From NCBI GenBank assembly GCA_000934665.2, contig KZ537974.1:124001-188000 (forward strand): a DNA stretch of 64,000 bases, in the 5' to 3' direction. Of the stretch, positions 43,501 to 54,694 are shown one piece after another. A program made the position numbers and the translations under genes. Under the pieces are notes generated by a model. That model did no database searches. It saw only the letters and a program-made list of their open reading frames with translations, and was not told the origin of the DNA. The DNA is from Catajapyx aquilonaris. Lineage: Eukaryota. Numbering within the stretch: the stretch's first letter is position 1; the number at the start of each line of letters is the position of its first letter.

Positions 43501-46459
43501 TGCGCGTCTGCGGGTGTAATGGATGAGTCCCCCAGGCCTAGGAGTCCAAACTTGTACACACCGCGAGTATTTATGGTAATAATTTTTCCTGGGTCAGGTA
43601 GGGGTAGAAACCAGTGGGGACTCTCATCATAATTAGCCCGAAAGCAATGCGGGCTCATCTGCATATTACACCGGCAGCTCCTCTGCTCAATTACCGCCGC
43701 TGGGAGAGGAGGGGGCAGTGGGTGGGGGGAAGGCAGCAGGGCGTATGTCAGCCTCTGTTGAGGAGGGATGGATTGTTGCCAAAACACACTCGGTTTCATT
43801 TTTGGGAGGATGGTGCTCTTGAGAAATCCAAGGGCTGCTCTGGTTCCATGCGTGCTGACATTGCGGTTGGAACTGGATGTATGAGGCTAGGCTAATTCAC
43901 TGCGTTGGATTATTACTGAGTAACCAGCATGGCTCTGATGGAATTGCGCTGTTGGGAAACAGGCACGTGAATGTCCGCAGGCCGTTTTTGGACCATCCTG
44001 CATTTTCTAAGGCAGAATATACGAGCTCATCCCGTTATAATAAAACAAAGTAGGATCCAATCACAGCTTTTGTCATTTGCAACGCACTCATTTCTGAAAT
44101 GGACTAGGTTTTAATGCAACTCGTACGGACCTAGTTCTTACGAGGCTATTAACAACACCGGAATTGTCAGCACACGTAAATCGAGTGGTGTCAAGTGTCG
44201 CCAACAATGCTCCTATCTTTACAAGGCAATTATCCAAGTTTTGCGCAGAAATGCTGAAGTAGGTTAAGCACCAGAGGCCTCGTTAGTTGCCCCTAAAATC
44301 CAACCAGAACAGATTGTCCTTATCTCCTCTTTTTTTTCAGGTCCTTCCTCTTTCTTTCTTTCTTCTTAATTCTTTATTGCCGAGGACTGATGGCAATGCG
44401 CGATTATCTGCGCCCGTTGTGCAGCCCTCCTCCTCGCCAATTGCTTTGGAATATTAAGGATGACTTAGTGCCTGCTTTATTAAATGAGGACCCGCGTGCC
44501 TTTTGTGAGTCCTGTAAAACTTTTCGGGAGGTGATTACCAAGAAGCAACTTCGCAGCCGGCAGCTCTTAGTCTAGTCATTTTAGAAAATGCGTTAGAATT
44601 GAGGCTCCGAGAATATATTTTTTAAAAGACCGGATCTTTGCAAGCAGGCCTTTTTTCTAGCAAAAAAGGGCTAATTTCTATATTTTTTGTGTGTGTCGTG
44701 CGATGGTGCTCTTTTCTCCGGCCTATTATGAGACACCGCCAAGCTGGGGACCAACAGCGGCGCCTTTGCCTGGGGGAATTTATGGCTCAAATTAGAGCTA
44801 ATTATTCCCGCTTGCCCCTAGGTGTAAGCTTCTCAACATGGTTTCAATGCGTGGGATTTTCCAAGGCGTTCCGAGGGAAAGGGACTTTTCTGCGGATTTT
44901 TAGCTAATACCCATGCACTGTACTGGTGGAATTGTCTTAGATATTGCTGGAGGATTTTGTGGGGCTCAATAATCTGTACAGTGCAATATGGTATGGGTAA
45001 TTATCTGGTAACTCACTTTGGCTAAACTGGAATTTTAAACGAAGGGGATTATTATTCACTTTGTAATTAAAAATGTAGGGACCCGTGTGATACGGTTTAT
45101 GTTCATCAGAATTGCATATGCTGATGGTGCTGCTCGGAATATACAGGGTGTTTCATAATCGACTGGCGAATGATTATCACGGGCGCCAACTGTGACAATG
45201 ATATATTTCTACAGTTTAGTATGCATTCGAATTATCGAGGTTTCCATTTCCATTCGGTTTCCCCAATCGGTCTGCACAAAATGGGCTTCCCACATCCCGT
45301 TTTTTTGTCTTAGAAACCTTACAAGTTCCAATCACAGGAAAGTAGAAGGGAAAAGAATTGAGACAACCTTGCGGAAAGTTCAACAAGTTCCCCAGCGGAA
45401 GTAAAGAAGAAGGGATGTGCAGTATAGGAAAGAGAAGAAGTAGAGAAAAAAAAAAGATGGCAAGAAAAGGTGCGACATTGACAGCGTTCGAATTGCATGA
45501 AGGAAAATTGATAGCTTTTGGAACCAGGCGAGTCTGTGCGTGCAACCCACTGCTAAAGGCAACAAACCGATCTCTAAATTGGCTTCCAGGAATAAATCCC
45601 AACTCGCCGGGTCTTGTCTGGCTTTGGGAATCCTCAGAGCAAAAACGCCATTGCAGTTGTTTCACTGCAGGAAGAGAGAGAAAGGAGCGAAAAAAAGAGT
45701 ATAAAATTGTTGCTGCAAGAAATAGTGCCTTGGTCGAAGATGCCAAGAATCGCAACTTTTTCCTGGTTAGTTTCCAAGACTTTGAGAGATTTCAGTGTGC
45801 ATCTCATTCGAGGCACGCAATAATAAGGGCGTTAAAGCCACGTTATGTCCTATCCAGTATATTGCCAAGGATCTGGACTGGTTGACGCTCTAGCCAGTAG
45901 GTCATCAGATTACTTGCGACAGAATCAATATTATTGAATCGTGTCAGGCTGGAATGCTTGATTGAACATAGTTGATGTGGTGGCCCTTGATCTGGCCCAA
46001 GATTGCACCGGAAGTGTGGGCGGAATGACCAATCAGCACGAAGAGCATGTTGCTGGACAATAATTTGTGTAGGGATAGGCTATATGATTATATTTAACGT
46101 GTAATAATTTTCCACAAATAGGTTTTATCCATGAAAAGTTTGCGCCTGATTTTCGCTGAAGCCGTTACTTTTCAAATAAGTAACTAATGTCGACACCTTC
46201 CTTTACGTTCCTAGCTGTTGAGCCTCTCTAATCACTATGGGACTGGATCCGTGTCTCCAAACGCTTTTCTAGCATCAGACTATGAGAAGAGGTAACGAAC
46301 GCGTCTAATCCGTCTTAGGAACTGGATTATACCCTATCAAGTAAATTTCAGGTCGCGAAGGTAGCCATTTTGTACTCATATGTTTCTAGAGACACTCCGG
46401 ATGATCCGATACCTTTCCCCAGAAGGGAAGAAGTGTTTGGGGGAGGGGGGGGGGGGGGG

Positions 46460-46503
46460 NNNNNNNNNNNNNNNNNNNNNNNNNNNNNNNNNNNNNNNNN
46501 NNN
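46460..46503. other. Assembly gap (44 N) after a poly-G run
   Basis: N run read directly; lies in intron A-B1. Confidence 0.98.
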
Positions 46504-47606
46504 CATTTTGGTGGAGGCCCCGAGGCAGCGCCCAGATGCGCCGATTGATTTCCTTTATATAAACGCCAACACAGGCCTTGCCCCCAAAACTCGACACAAG
46601 CTTCTCCTTCCGGACCGACCTTAACTCTCGCAAAATTCCACCTGCCAGTACATTTCGCGGAAATTACAACCCAGCAGCAGACCCACGGTTTTTATGTATT
46701 ACATGCAGATTGAATAGGAGCGACTCAACATCCGCACTAAATCTGCTGTCAAAAATGGCCCCTGCGAATATAAACGCTTTTTTTTTGGACTTTTTTTTTT
46801 GTAAAAAAAGGGGGGTGGTTCGTGCCCTCCAGACCAATCGATAGCTCAGTAATAAATTTTGGTACTTAAACAGCTTAATGCCAATATTTATGCGGCGTTT
46901 TATATCCATCCCGCTACTAACCGGGTCATTCAGGCTCCGGTACTTATCGAGTGGCAGCAAAGTTTGGACCAAATGTATAAATATTTATTGTGTACCTTTT
47001 TGCCACGGGCTCCAAGTACTGGAAAACGTAGTAAATGTGATTTTTTTTCTGGTGGACAATTTTTCCTGCAAGTAAAATCGATATTGTGATGATATATCGC
47101 GATATTCAGAATATTTTCGATATATTGAATATTGCGGAATTTTCCTCCTTTTTCTGTCGTTCCAGCAGGCTAAATAGGAAAATCCGTGAGCCCGTGTGCC
47201 TCCTTCCACTCGCATTACATTTACATTAGTACAGAGGCACTTGGCATGGATTGTCCGCTGCGAGCCAAATGTGATTTGTGTATCGGAGCCAAGTGAGGCT
47301 CTATTCCACTCCTCACGTCCCCAATTCCTCTAACGACCCTTCCCCATTCTATCGGGGCCTACCAGAGACACCGCCCAATCCCATTCTATAGTCCGCACCC
47401 GAAATGGACCGGACTTGCCAAAAAAAAAAAAAGAGGGACTGGAAGCACTGCACACAAGTGCGAACCGACCTGTAATTAATCATCACGCTGCAATTGGGCC
47501 CATTGCAAATGGGCGTGAGTTTTATGTCAATAGCCCGACGGGTCAATTTGGATTATTGACACTGTGGCGTGGCCAGAAATGTTTCAACTCCATGTTCCTC
47601 TGTCAG

Positions 47607-47771
47607 TATGAGCTTCGCCTGGTGGCATCGGACAACCTGAATGAGAACTTCACCACAGTTGTGATCCACGTGAAAGACGTGAATGACAATCCGCCAGTCT
47701 TCGACCGGCCTACATACGAGACACAGATCACCGAAGAGGATGACCGCAACCTGCCCAAGAGGGTCCTCCAG
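47607..47771 (+). CDS. CadN: CadN alternative exon B1 (exon-13-like; YELRLVASDNLNENF...DVNDNPPVF...KRVLQ, 55 aa)
   Basis: Acceptor ttcctctgtcag|; weak donor CAG|gtcact; 165 nt, phase 0-0; DxNDNxP inter-repeat linker. Confidence 0.92.
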
Positions 47772-47844
47772 GTCACTCGGATTTGATGGGTCAAATCGCT
47801 GACCTGTTGGAGGAATAAGCCAGCTGATGGCATCTTCCTTCAAC
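47764..47844 (+). promoter_or_regulatory. Candidate splicing-regulatory RNA hairpins over the exon B1 donor
   Basis: CAGGTCA/TGACCTG, GATTTGA/TCAAATC and TCCTC/GAGGA nest around the donor; an adjacent competing stem GTTGGAGGAA/TTCCTTCAAC follows. Function is inferred. Confidence 0.5.
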
Positions 47845-47985
47845 TGGACATGACCCTACTCTCTATGTGTTGTGTTGTGCTTTTATGTTGTGCATGCTTT
47901 TTTTTTATACTTATGTTTCAGGTATTTGCACGGCTAATCCCGCTTGATTTATTCTCGTTTTTTTGCCATTTTTGTTTTTTTATAG

Positions 47986-48150
47986 TATAACCTGACCCTA
48001 GTCGCTTCCGACAGCCTGAACGAAAACGAGACCACTATTATCATTTACGTGAACGACGTGAATGACATGCCGCCTGTTTTTAACCAATCCTTGTACACGA
48101 CCGAGATTGAGGAAGAGATTTCTGGTCCGTTTCGTCACAAGCTTTTGCAG
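47986..48150 (+). CDS. CadN: CadN alternative exon B2, paralogue of B1 (YNLTLVASDSLNENETTIIIYVNDVNDMPPVFNQSLYTTEIEEEISGPFRHKLLQ)
   Basis: Translated by hand; this frame is not in the ORF track. Acceptor tttttgtttttttatag|; donor CAG|gtatta; same 165 nt and phase 0-0 as B1; 30/55 identical residues ungapped; no stops. Confidence 0.9.
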
Positions 48151-48590
48151 GTATTATTGTTGTCACTGTACTTGGAGGAAAATTACTGCTATAGTAATTA
48201 AGGCAGATTCCATGTTAAAGTTATATAAGAGCAAAAGAATTATTTTTCCTCCATGTCTTCCTGGCCTATAGCTATGCTTTTATTTTGAAAACGTTAGTTG
48301 ACTGTTTTCCTTCCTTTTGCATGACACACGGCTCTGGAGACGGACTTTTCCTAAATCCTGACAATGTCAACACAAAGTAAGCCAGCAGTATCCTAGTAAA
48401 TGCGCTCCAGAGCCTATTTAACATTGATGACAAGTCGCATTTTCTTCGCAATCAGAGTGAAAGTCCTCTCAGATAAATGCGGCCATTTTTTCTTCCTCCT
48501 ACTCCTCCTCCTCTTTTTTTTATCTCTTCTCTCTCCAGAGATGGAAGCAATCTCTGTAAAAGCAGGCAGTTGACTGTCTTTTCTATGCAG

Positions 48591-48728
48591 GTGACTGCCA
48601 CCGATGGAGATAAGGACCGTCCTCAGAATATCGTCTACTTTCTGACGGGTCAAGGAATTGACCCCGAGAATCCGACCAATAGCAAGTTCGACATCAACAG
48701 AACCACCGGCGAAATCTACGTCCTCAAG
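48591..48728 (+). CDS. CadN: CadN exon C (VTATDGDKDRPQNIVYFLTGQG...TGEIYVLK)
   Basis: Acceptor cttttctatgcag|; donor AAG|gtatgt; 138 nt, phase 0-0; AxDxD motif. Confidence 0.94.
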
Positions 48729-49757
48729 GTATGTCCGAAACTTTTTTTTTCTATACACTTGAAAAAAAAGACAGGATTTTTTTTAAATGGCTGACCTAGT
48801 ACCTGGAGGTATTAGCTTACTATCCGGAATGTTCGAATTTGTCATGTGTGCTCATAGCGTGGAACCACGTTCCATTTGGGAAAGTAAATTTGATGTTGAC
48901 CAGCAGAGGTGAAGTTTGCCAATCCCATCCGTTTTATGCATGCAAACCCTCTTGTTTGTCCACCATAATGCAACTATTGTGTGTGAATACGGATTGCGAT
49001 TTTTCTGTGGGACCCTATAAAAAAAGAGGTCGTGAACCGCAACGTAATTGGCACATAAGTCATTATTCCAGCCGCACCGTTAACTGTTGCATCAGTTTCC
49101 CCATCCAAATAAAATGCATCGGACACTAATTCTCCCTGTTAAAGGTCGTAAACTTTTGCCAAGAGGAAGTCCGGGAAACCCAGGATCAAAAAAAGAGTTG
49201 GACAAATGTCAACGAAACTCGGGAGATTTGCAGCGGAAATAAATTGCCCGTGTAATTCACTGCTATTTGGACGAAACGGAAAAAAAAAGAAGGAGGGTCG
49301 TGCACGGTCCTTTCCCGGAGTTGCATGCCAACTTGACGGAGATGTAGTGTATCAGACGAAATTTTTGCAGGGAACGAATAAAAAACGGACATTTTTTTTT
49401 TCGCGCGTGTCTCAGTGGCTGGGTGTCCCCCATGGGTGTAGTGTTGAATGTGGTGGCCCGAGGCAAGTTGACACTAGGCTATTCATCACCGTGGGGGTGT
49501 AGGCGAGGGAATAGACTCCCATCAGTCGAATGGCTATGAGGAAGCCTATCGACAGGCCCTGGGGGATTTTTCATCCCGGTTCACTCAACATAGTAATAAC
49601 TATCGGATGGCCCCTGTTGTCACTTGTCATTCACAACTGGAAGGGCCTGTCTGCAAAGGGTGTTGCCACTCACCATCCACGGGGATTAACCTGGGGCGGA
49701 ACCCACCTCTTTTGCCTGATTCATCCCAAGTATTGAGGTCAAAATTTGAAATTCCAG

Positions 49758-49944
49758 CCTTTGGATCGAGACCAACCCAACGGCCGACCCCAATGGCGGT
49801 TCACCGTGTTCGCTCAAGACGAGGGCGGCGAAGGACTGGTTGGCTACGCAGACGTCCAGGTCAACCTGAAGGACATCAACGACAATGCGCCAGTCTTTCC
49901 TCAGGGAGTCTACCTCGGGAATGTCACCGAAAACGGCACATCAG
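49758..49944 (+). CDS. CadN: CadN exon D (PLDRDQPNGRPQWRFTVFAQDEGG...DINDNAPVF...TENGTS)
   Basis: Acceptor attccag|; donor TCAG|gtcagt; phase 0 to 1; LDRD and DINDNAP motifs. Confidence 0.94.
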
Positions 49945-51152
49945 GTCAGTGTTACATCAAAATTTGTGATGAAAATATTCACCAAGCTGTATAATTTTAT
50001 GCGCCTTACTGAATAACCTAAATTTAACCCGTATTTAGCAAAAGTAACTTAACCATCTCAGCTCTAAATTAACATTAATGAACAATTGTGCGTGTAAATT
50101 ATGCTGAAGATCTGGATGACTTTTCATTGGATGAGTGAACAGTGGTTTCACAGACGGGCCACCCTGAATCTGCATAATTCATGCAGAGAGCCAAGGTGTC
50201 CTTGTCGCTTGAAACCCCCTCTTGGCCCTATAGGGCCGCACCTCTTTAATAACCCTGCGCCAACAAAGGTTTTTTTTTTTTTTTGCCCCCCACCCCTCCC
50301 CCCTCGAACTGGAAGGACAACTACGAAACTGCTGCATAATGTATACCTCATAATCAGGAAGCCCTATTTCTGTTCGTAGCCGAATTCAACCGTGCAGCTG
50401 ATGGGCGAATATCATCCGGCTCACTTGCTTCACTCGCCTGCAACTGAAGATGTGCCGTTATTAAAATGCCACATCGTTTCATATTTCACGCTAAAAATCC
50501 TCGTAAAAAGGGCCGTACATGATTGTAATGAGTTTTGGAGCGGGTACAAAAACGGTGAAGCTCAGCTCTAAATGCGACTCACTGTTTGATTACGCTCGAC
50601 TTTATTTTTTTAAAAAAAATTGTGTAATTTTTGTGCGTGCCGGGTTTTTACTGAAAACGGTGGGGTGATGAAGTGGCAAAGCGTGAGAGCGCATTTGGGG
50701 ACCGAACTTTAGGGAAATCAGATCCGATTCGGCGGAGTGTCATCCCAGCAGCCTTTTCCCCGCACCATTTCGGGATGATTCAACCCCTAGTCTATTTTTC
50801 AGACCAGTTTTTTTTTTTATCCGGTGCAAAAATACGGGTTAGGCGCGTCGGATGGTAATAACTCCGAGTCGTCAATTAGAGAGGCTGGTACGCAGATGCG
50901 GCTGCAATTTGCGAGTCGGCGCGTGTCCTGCGGCTCCAAAGATTGCGGATATAATTTGTGGGATGGCGGACAGGGCGAATTAATCAAGGATCTCGGTTTT
51001 TTTTATGTATATATTTCAAGCTCGTCCAATTGATCTGCGCTTCGCTTACAGATCCTCGTTAAATTCAAGCGGCGCCAACATGTGGTCTGCTCACAAATCG
51101 GACCTATACTAGAACCGGATAGAGTGTGTATAAATATAATTTTTGTTTACAG

Positions 51153-52831
51153 GTATGGTGGTGATGACGATGACGGCTGTGGACTATGATGACCCCAACG
51201 AGGGAACCAATGCTCGTCTGACTTATTCGATTGAGAAGAATGTGATTGATGAGGAGCAGGGCAGGCCGATCTTTGAGATCGAGCCGGAGACGGGTGTGAT
51301 CAAGACCGCGGTGTGTTGCTTGGACCGGGAGAAGACACCGGATTATTCGATACAAGTGGTGGCAATGGACGGAGGGGGGTTGAAAGGGACAGGGACAGCC
51401 TCTATACGAGTGAAAGATATCAATGATATGCCGCCGCAGTTCACGAAGGACGAGTGGTACACCGAGGTTGATGAGACTGACGGGACCAATCTGCCGGACA
51501 TGCCCATCCTGACGGTGACGGTGCACGATGAGGATGAGACCAACAAGTTCCACTACAAGGTGATCGAGAACAGCGGGTACGGAGCGGACAAGTTCACTAT
51601 GGTCAGGAACAACGATGGTACAGGCTCGCTCAAGATCGTGCAGCCCCTGGACTTTGAGGATCCGCTGCAGAGCCAAGGCTTCCGGTTCCGAATCCAGGTC
51701 AACGACAAGGGAGAGGACAATGACAACGACAAGTACCACGTGGCGTACGCTTGGGTAAGGGTGACCCTGAGGGACATCAACGACAACAAGCCACAGTTTG
51801 AACGGCCCAACATCGAAGTGTCCGTGTACGAGAACGCAGAGGTTGGGAAGAGCCTGGAGACATTCAAGGCGACTGATCCGGACCAGGGCGGGAAGAGCAA
51901 GGTGTCGTACGCGATAGACCGCACGTCGGACAGGAAGCGACAGTTCTCGATCAATCAGGACGGTACTGTCAGCATCCAGAGGAGCCTGGACAGAGAGGAG
52001 ACCCCGCGTCACCAGGTGAAGATCCTGGCCATCGACGACGGCGTCCCACCCAAGACGGCCACTGCCACGCTCACAGTCATAGTGCAAGACATAAACGACA
52101 ATGCGCCCACGTTCCTGAAAGACTACCGTCCGGTCCTGCCCGAACACGTGCCGCCTAGGAAAGTGGTGGAAGTGCTGGCCACCGACGACGACGACCGGTC
52201 CAAAGGCAACGGACCTCCGTTCACCTTCAGGATGGACCCCAATGCGGACGACATCATACGCGCGTCCTTCAAAGTGGAGCACGATCCGAAGGGCGCCAAC
52301 GGAGACGGAATGGCCATCGTGTCGTCGTTGCGGTCGTTTGATCGCGAGCAGCAGAAGGAGTACCTGGTTCCCATTGTGATAAAAGACTCCGGAAATCCAG
52401 CCATGTCCGGCACCAGCACGTTGACGGTCATCATCGGAGACGTGAACGACAACAAGATGCAGCCAGGATCCAAGGAGATATTTGTGTACAACTACATGGG
52501 ACAGGCTCCTGACACCGAGATCGGTCGCGTGTACGTGTACGACTTGGACGACTGGGATCTTCCAGACAAGAAGTTCTACTGGGATGGACCAGACCACCCG
52601 TACTTCCGGTTAGATGAGGACACTGGAATGATCACGATGAAGCGGGGCACTAGAGAAGGGCGGTACCACTTGCGGTTCAAAGTGTACGACCGGAAGCACA
52701 CCCAGACGGACGTGCCGGCCAATGTCACGGTCTTGGTGAAGGAAATACCTTACGATGCTGTGATGAACTCCGGGTCAGTCAGGATAGCTGGGCTTACAGA
52801 CGAGGACTTTATCCGGATATGGGACTACAGG
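51153..52831 (+). CDS. CadN: CadN exon E, 1679 nt: the last cadherin repeats leading into the non-chordate classical cadherin domain
   Basis: Inside ORF 51143..52906; acceptor ttttgtttacag|; donor AGG|gtgagt; phase 1 to 0; repeated LDRE/LDFE/FDRE, DINDxxP and AxDxD motifs. Confidence 0.97.
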
Positions 52832-53161
52832 GTGAGTCACTGCTGGATGGCTGGCACAATGCATTGCTTTTGGTTCATGTCACTGGATCAAATCATATCG
52901 CAATAATCAATAATGGCATGAATATAAATATGCAAAAATTAATTGTTCCTTTTGCAACACTCATCCCAGTGAGTAGTTAATATGTAACAGCTCGTGGACT
53001 TTGAGAAACTCTTTGTCACTCTGTACTGTAGTTGAAAATTGAAATGATGGTGCAGTCATTCCATTATGAAAGAAATTGTTTGTGCCCAACATGTTTCCAT
53101 TGTAAGAAGCAGAAATGCACTGGAAATTTTCCAGGACCAAAGTCGCATACTATATCTAGGG

Positions 53162-53647
53162 CAGGGGTATTCAACTAGTTTCAGACAAGGTCCAGTATTT
53201 ACCTATCCTGGGCCATTGAAGGTTCGGATATTTTTTATGGTACGATTGGTACCAAAGTGATTGGTACCACAGGGTTCATATTCGAAAATATAAACATGTG
53301 CATCAAGGGTAGAAGGGCCTATTAAGACATTTTCGCCCTTTATGATGTCCTGTATACAGGGGCGTAGGCAGAAGAATTTCGGAGGGGGCCCATTTCGTAA
53401 GCACAAGGTGAACAAGCCGTAAAGGGCGGAAATTTTTTTGGTGGTTCAAGGTCACACGCGCTTAGGTGAGATGTGGGAGATTTGAATAGGTGTGTATTTG
53501 CTGAAATTGGTAGCACTTTTTCCAAAAAAAAATCATGAATTGGTAATTTATCATGCTATTTCAAACTGTCCTGTATATTGTCGCGGTCCGGACAAAATTG
53601 CGTCGCGGTCCGGATCCGGACCGCGGGCCGCCAGTTGAATATTCCTG
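53162..53647. mobile_element. Non-autonomous hAT (Buster/Charlie-like) MITE, 486 bp
   Basis: TIRs CAGGGGTATTCAACT / AGTTGAATATTCCTG (13/15); exact 8-bp TSD ATCTAGGG (53154-53161, 53648-53655) with central TA; 22-bp subterminal palindrome CGCGGTCCGGATCCGGACCGCG at 53604-53625. Confidence 0.88.
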
Positions 53648-54368
53648 ATCTAGGGTCTATTATAGAATAGTTCCACACTTAAAACAATTGTCACATGTCT
53701 GTTTTGATGAAATTACTTTGCACAGACCTATAGGTAATTTTTTTTTAAATCCAGTAAGTAGTAGTGGTACTGTATGCAAGTTCTGCAAAAGGAGATTATG
53801 TTACCCTCATACAAAGTTATGCTGTTAGTTAGACAACCTTTACAACTCTTTTCTTCAAGGGTTGGTTACTTGGCAGGAGGAAAAGAATTTGGAGCAGCTT
53901 GGCACAGCCACTGGCTACATCTGGTTAAGCTTGATTGAGCCAGTGGTCAATTACTTTTAGAATCAAGTTGGTTTCCAACCTACTGGGGATTAAACTGTGT
54001 TTGCCCTTAGGAAGTGAGTTGTTTGCAATTTAGAAGTTGGAAGTTTTAAAGTCCTTGGTCAGGTAATGAATTTTAAGGATTGTTGACTGTACTTGCCAGG
54101 TTGCAAGCAAGGTTACATTTAACAAACTGTAAGTCATGAATTAATCTGGTTGAAACTGCAACGTAATGTAACTGTGTGCATTATAATGTATAAAGGCCAT
54201 TTCACAAAAAAATGTCGCGCAGCAAACAGCGCGCGTTGCGGCAAATTTTTTATTAAATAAATAAAAAAAATTTAAGTCTATATTAAAATTGCTCGGCCAT
54301 GTGGTTAGTTGGCAGTGTATAGTTATCATTTATTAATGTGCATTAATATAAATGAGTAGGCTATAATT

Positions 54369-54694
54369 TTTATTTTTTATTTTTTTATTTTTTTTACTTT
54401 ACCCCGTGATAAGGCTGAGCCTTTTTAGGGGGGTGGAATACCACCATTTGTGCAAGGAGTCAAGGATGTAGGGTAGGGATAGGGATTTTTGGGGAGGGAA
54501 CATTAGTGCAAGTGCAATGTCGGTAAAGGGGTCATGTGCTATTCCCCAGGAGGTTAGGTTGCCAGACACCTCCTTGGTGCAGGTCAGAGACCCTCCTGAC
54601 CCAGGTGAAAGGAAAGTTCCCCAGGCGGGGATCGAACCTGGGGCCTTTCACTCAGCAAGCCGAGACGTTACCATCTCAGCCACCACACCTCCCC
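54369..54694 (-). mobile_element. Full-length tRNA-derived SINE (~326 bp) in intron E-F
   Basis: Minus strand: GGGGAGG head, A box TGGCTGAGATGG (54671-54682), B box GGTTCGATCCC (54628-54638), unique body, A-rich (AAAAAAT)n tail. Flanked by exact 14-bp direct repeats AGTAGGCTATAATT at 54355-54368 and 54695-54708. Confidence 0.9.

Noticed and set aside
51104..52597. 497-aa minus-strand ORF
   Set aside because: Antisense shadow of the codon-biased cadherin exon E; Val/Leu/His-rich with no domain. The same applies to the minus ORFs over exons F and G.
54620..54694. Possible tRNA gene
   Set aside because: A and B boxes are present but I could not form acceptor and T stems. It is fused to a body, A-rich tail and TSD, so it is a SINE head.
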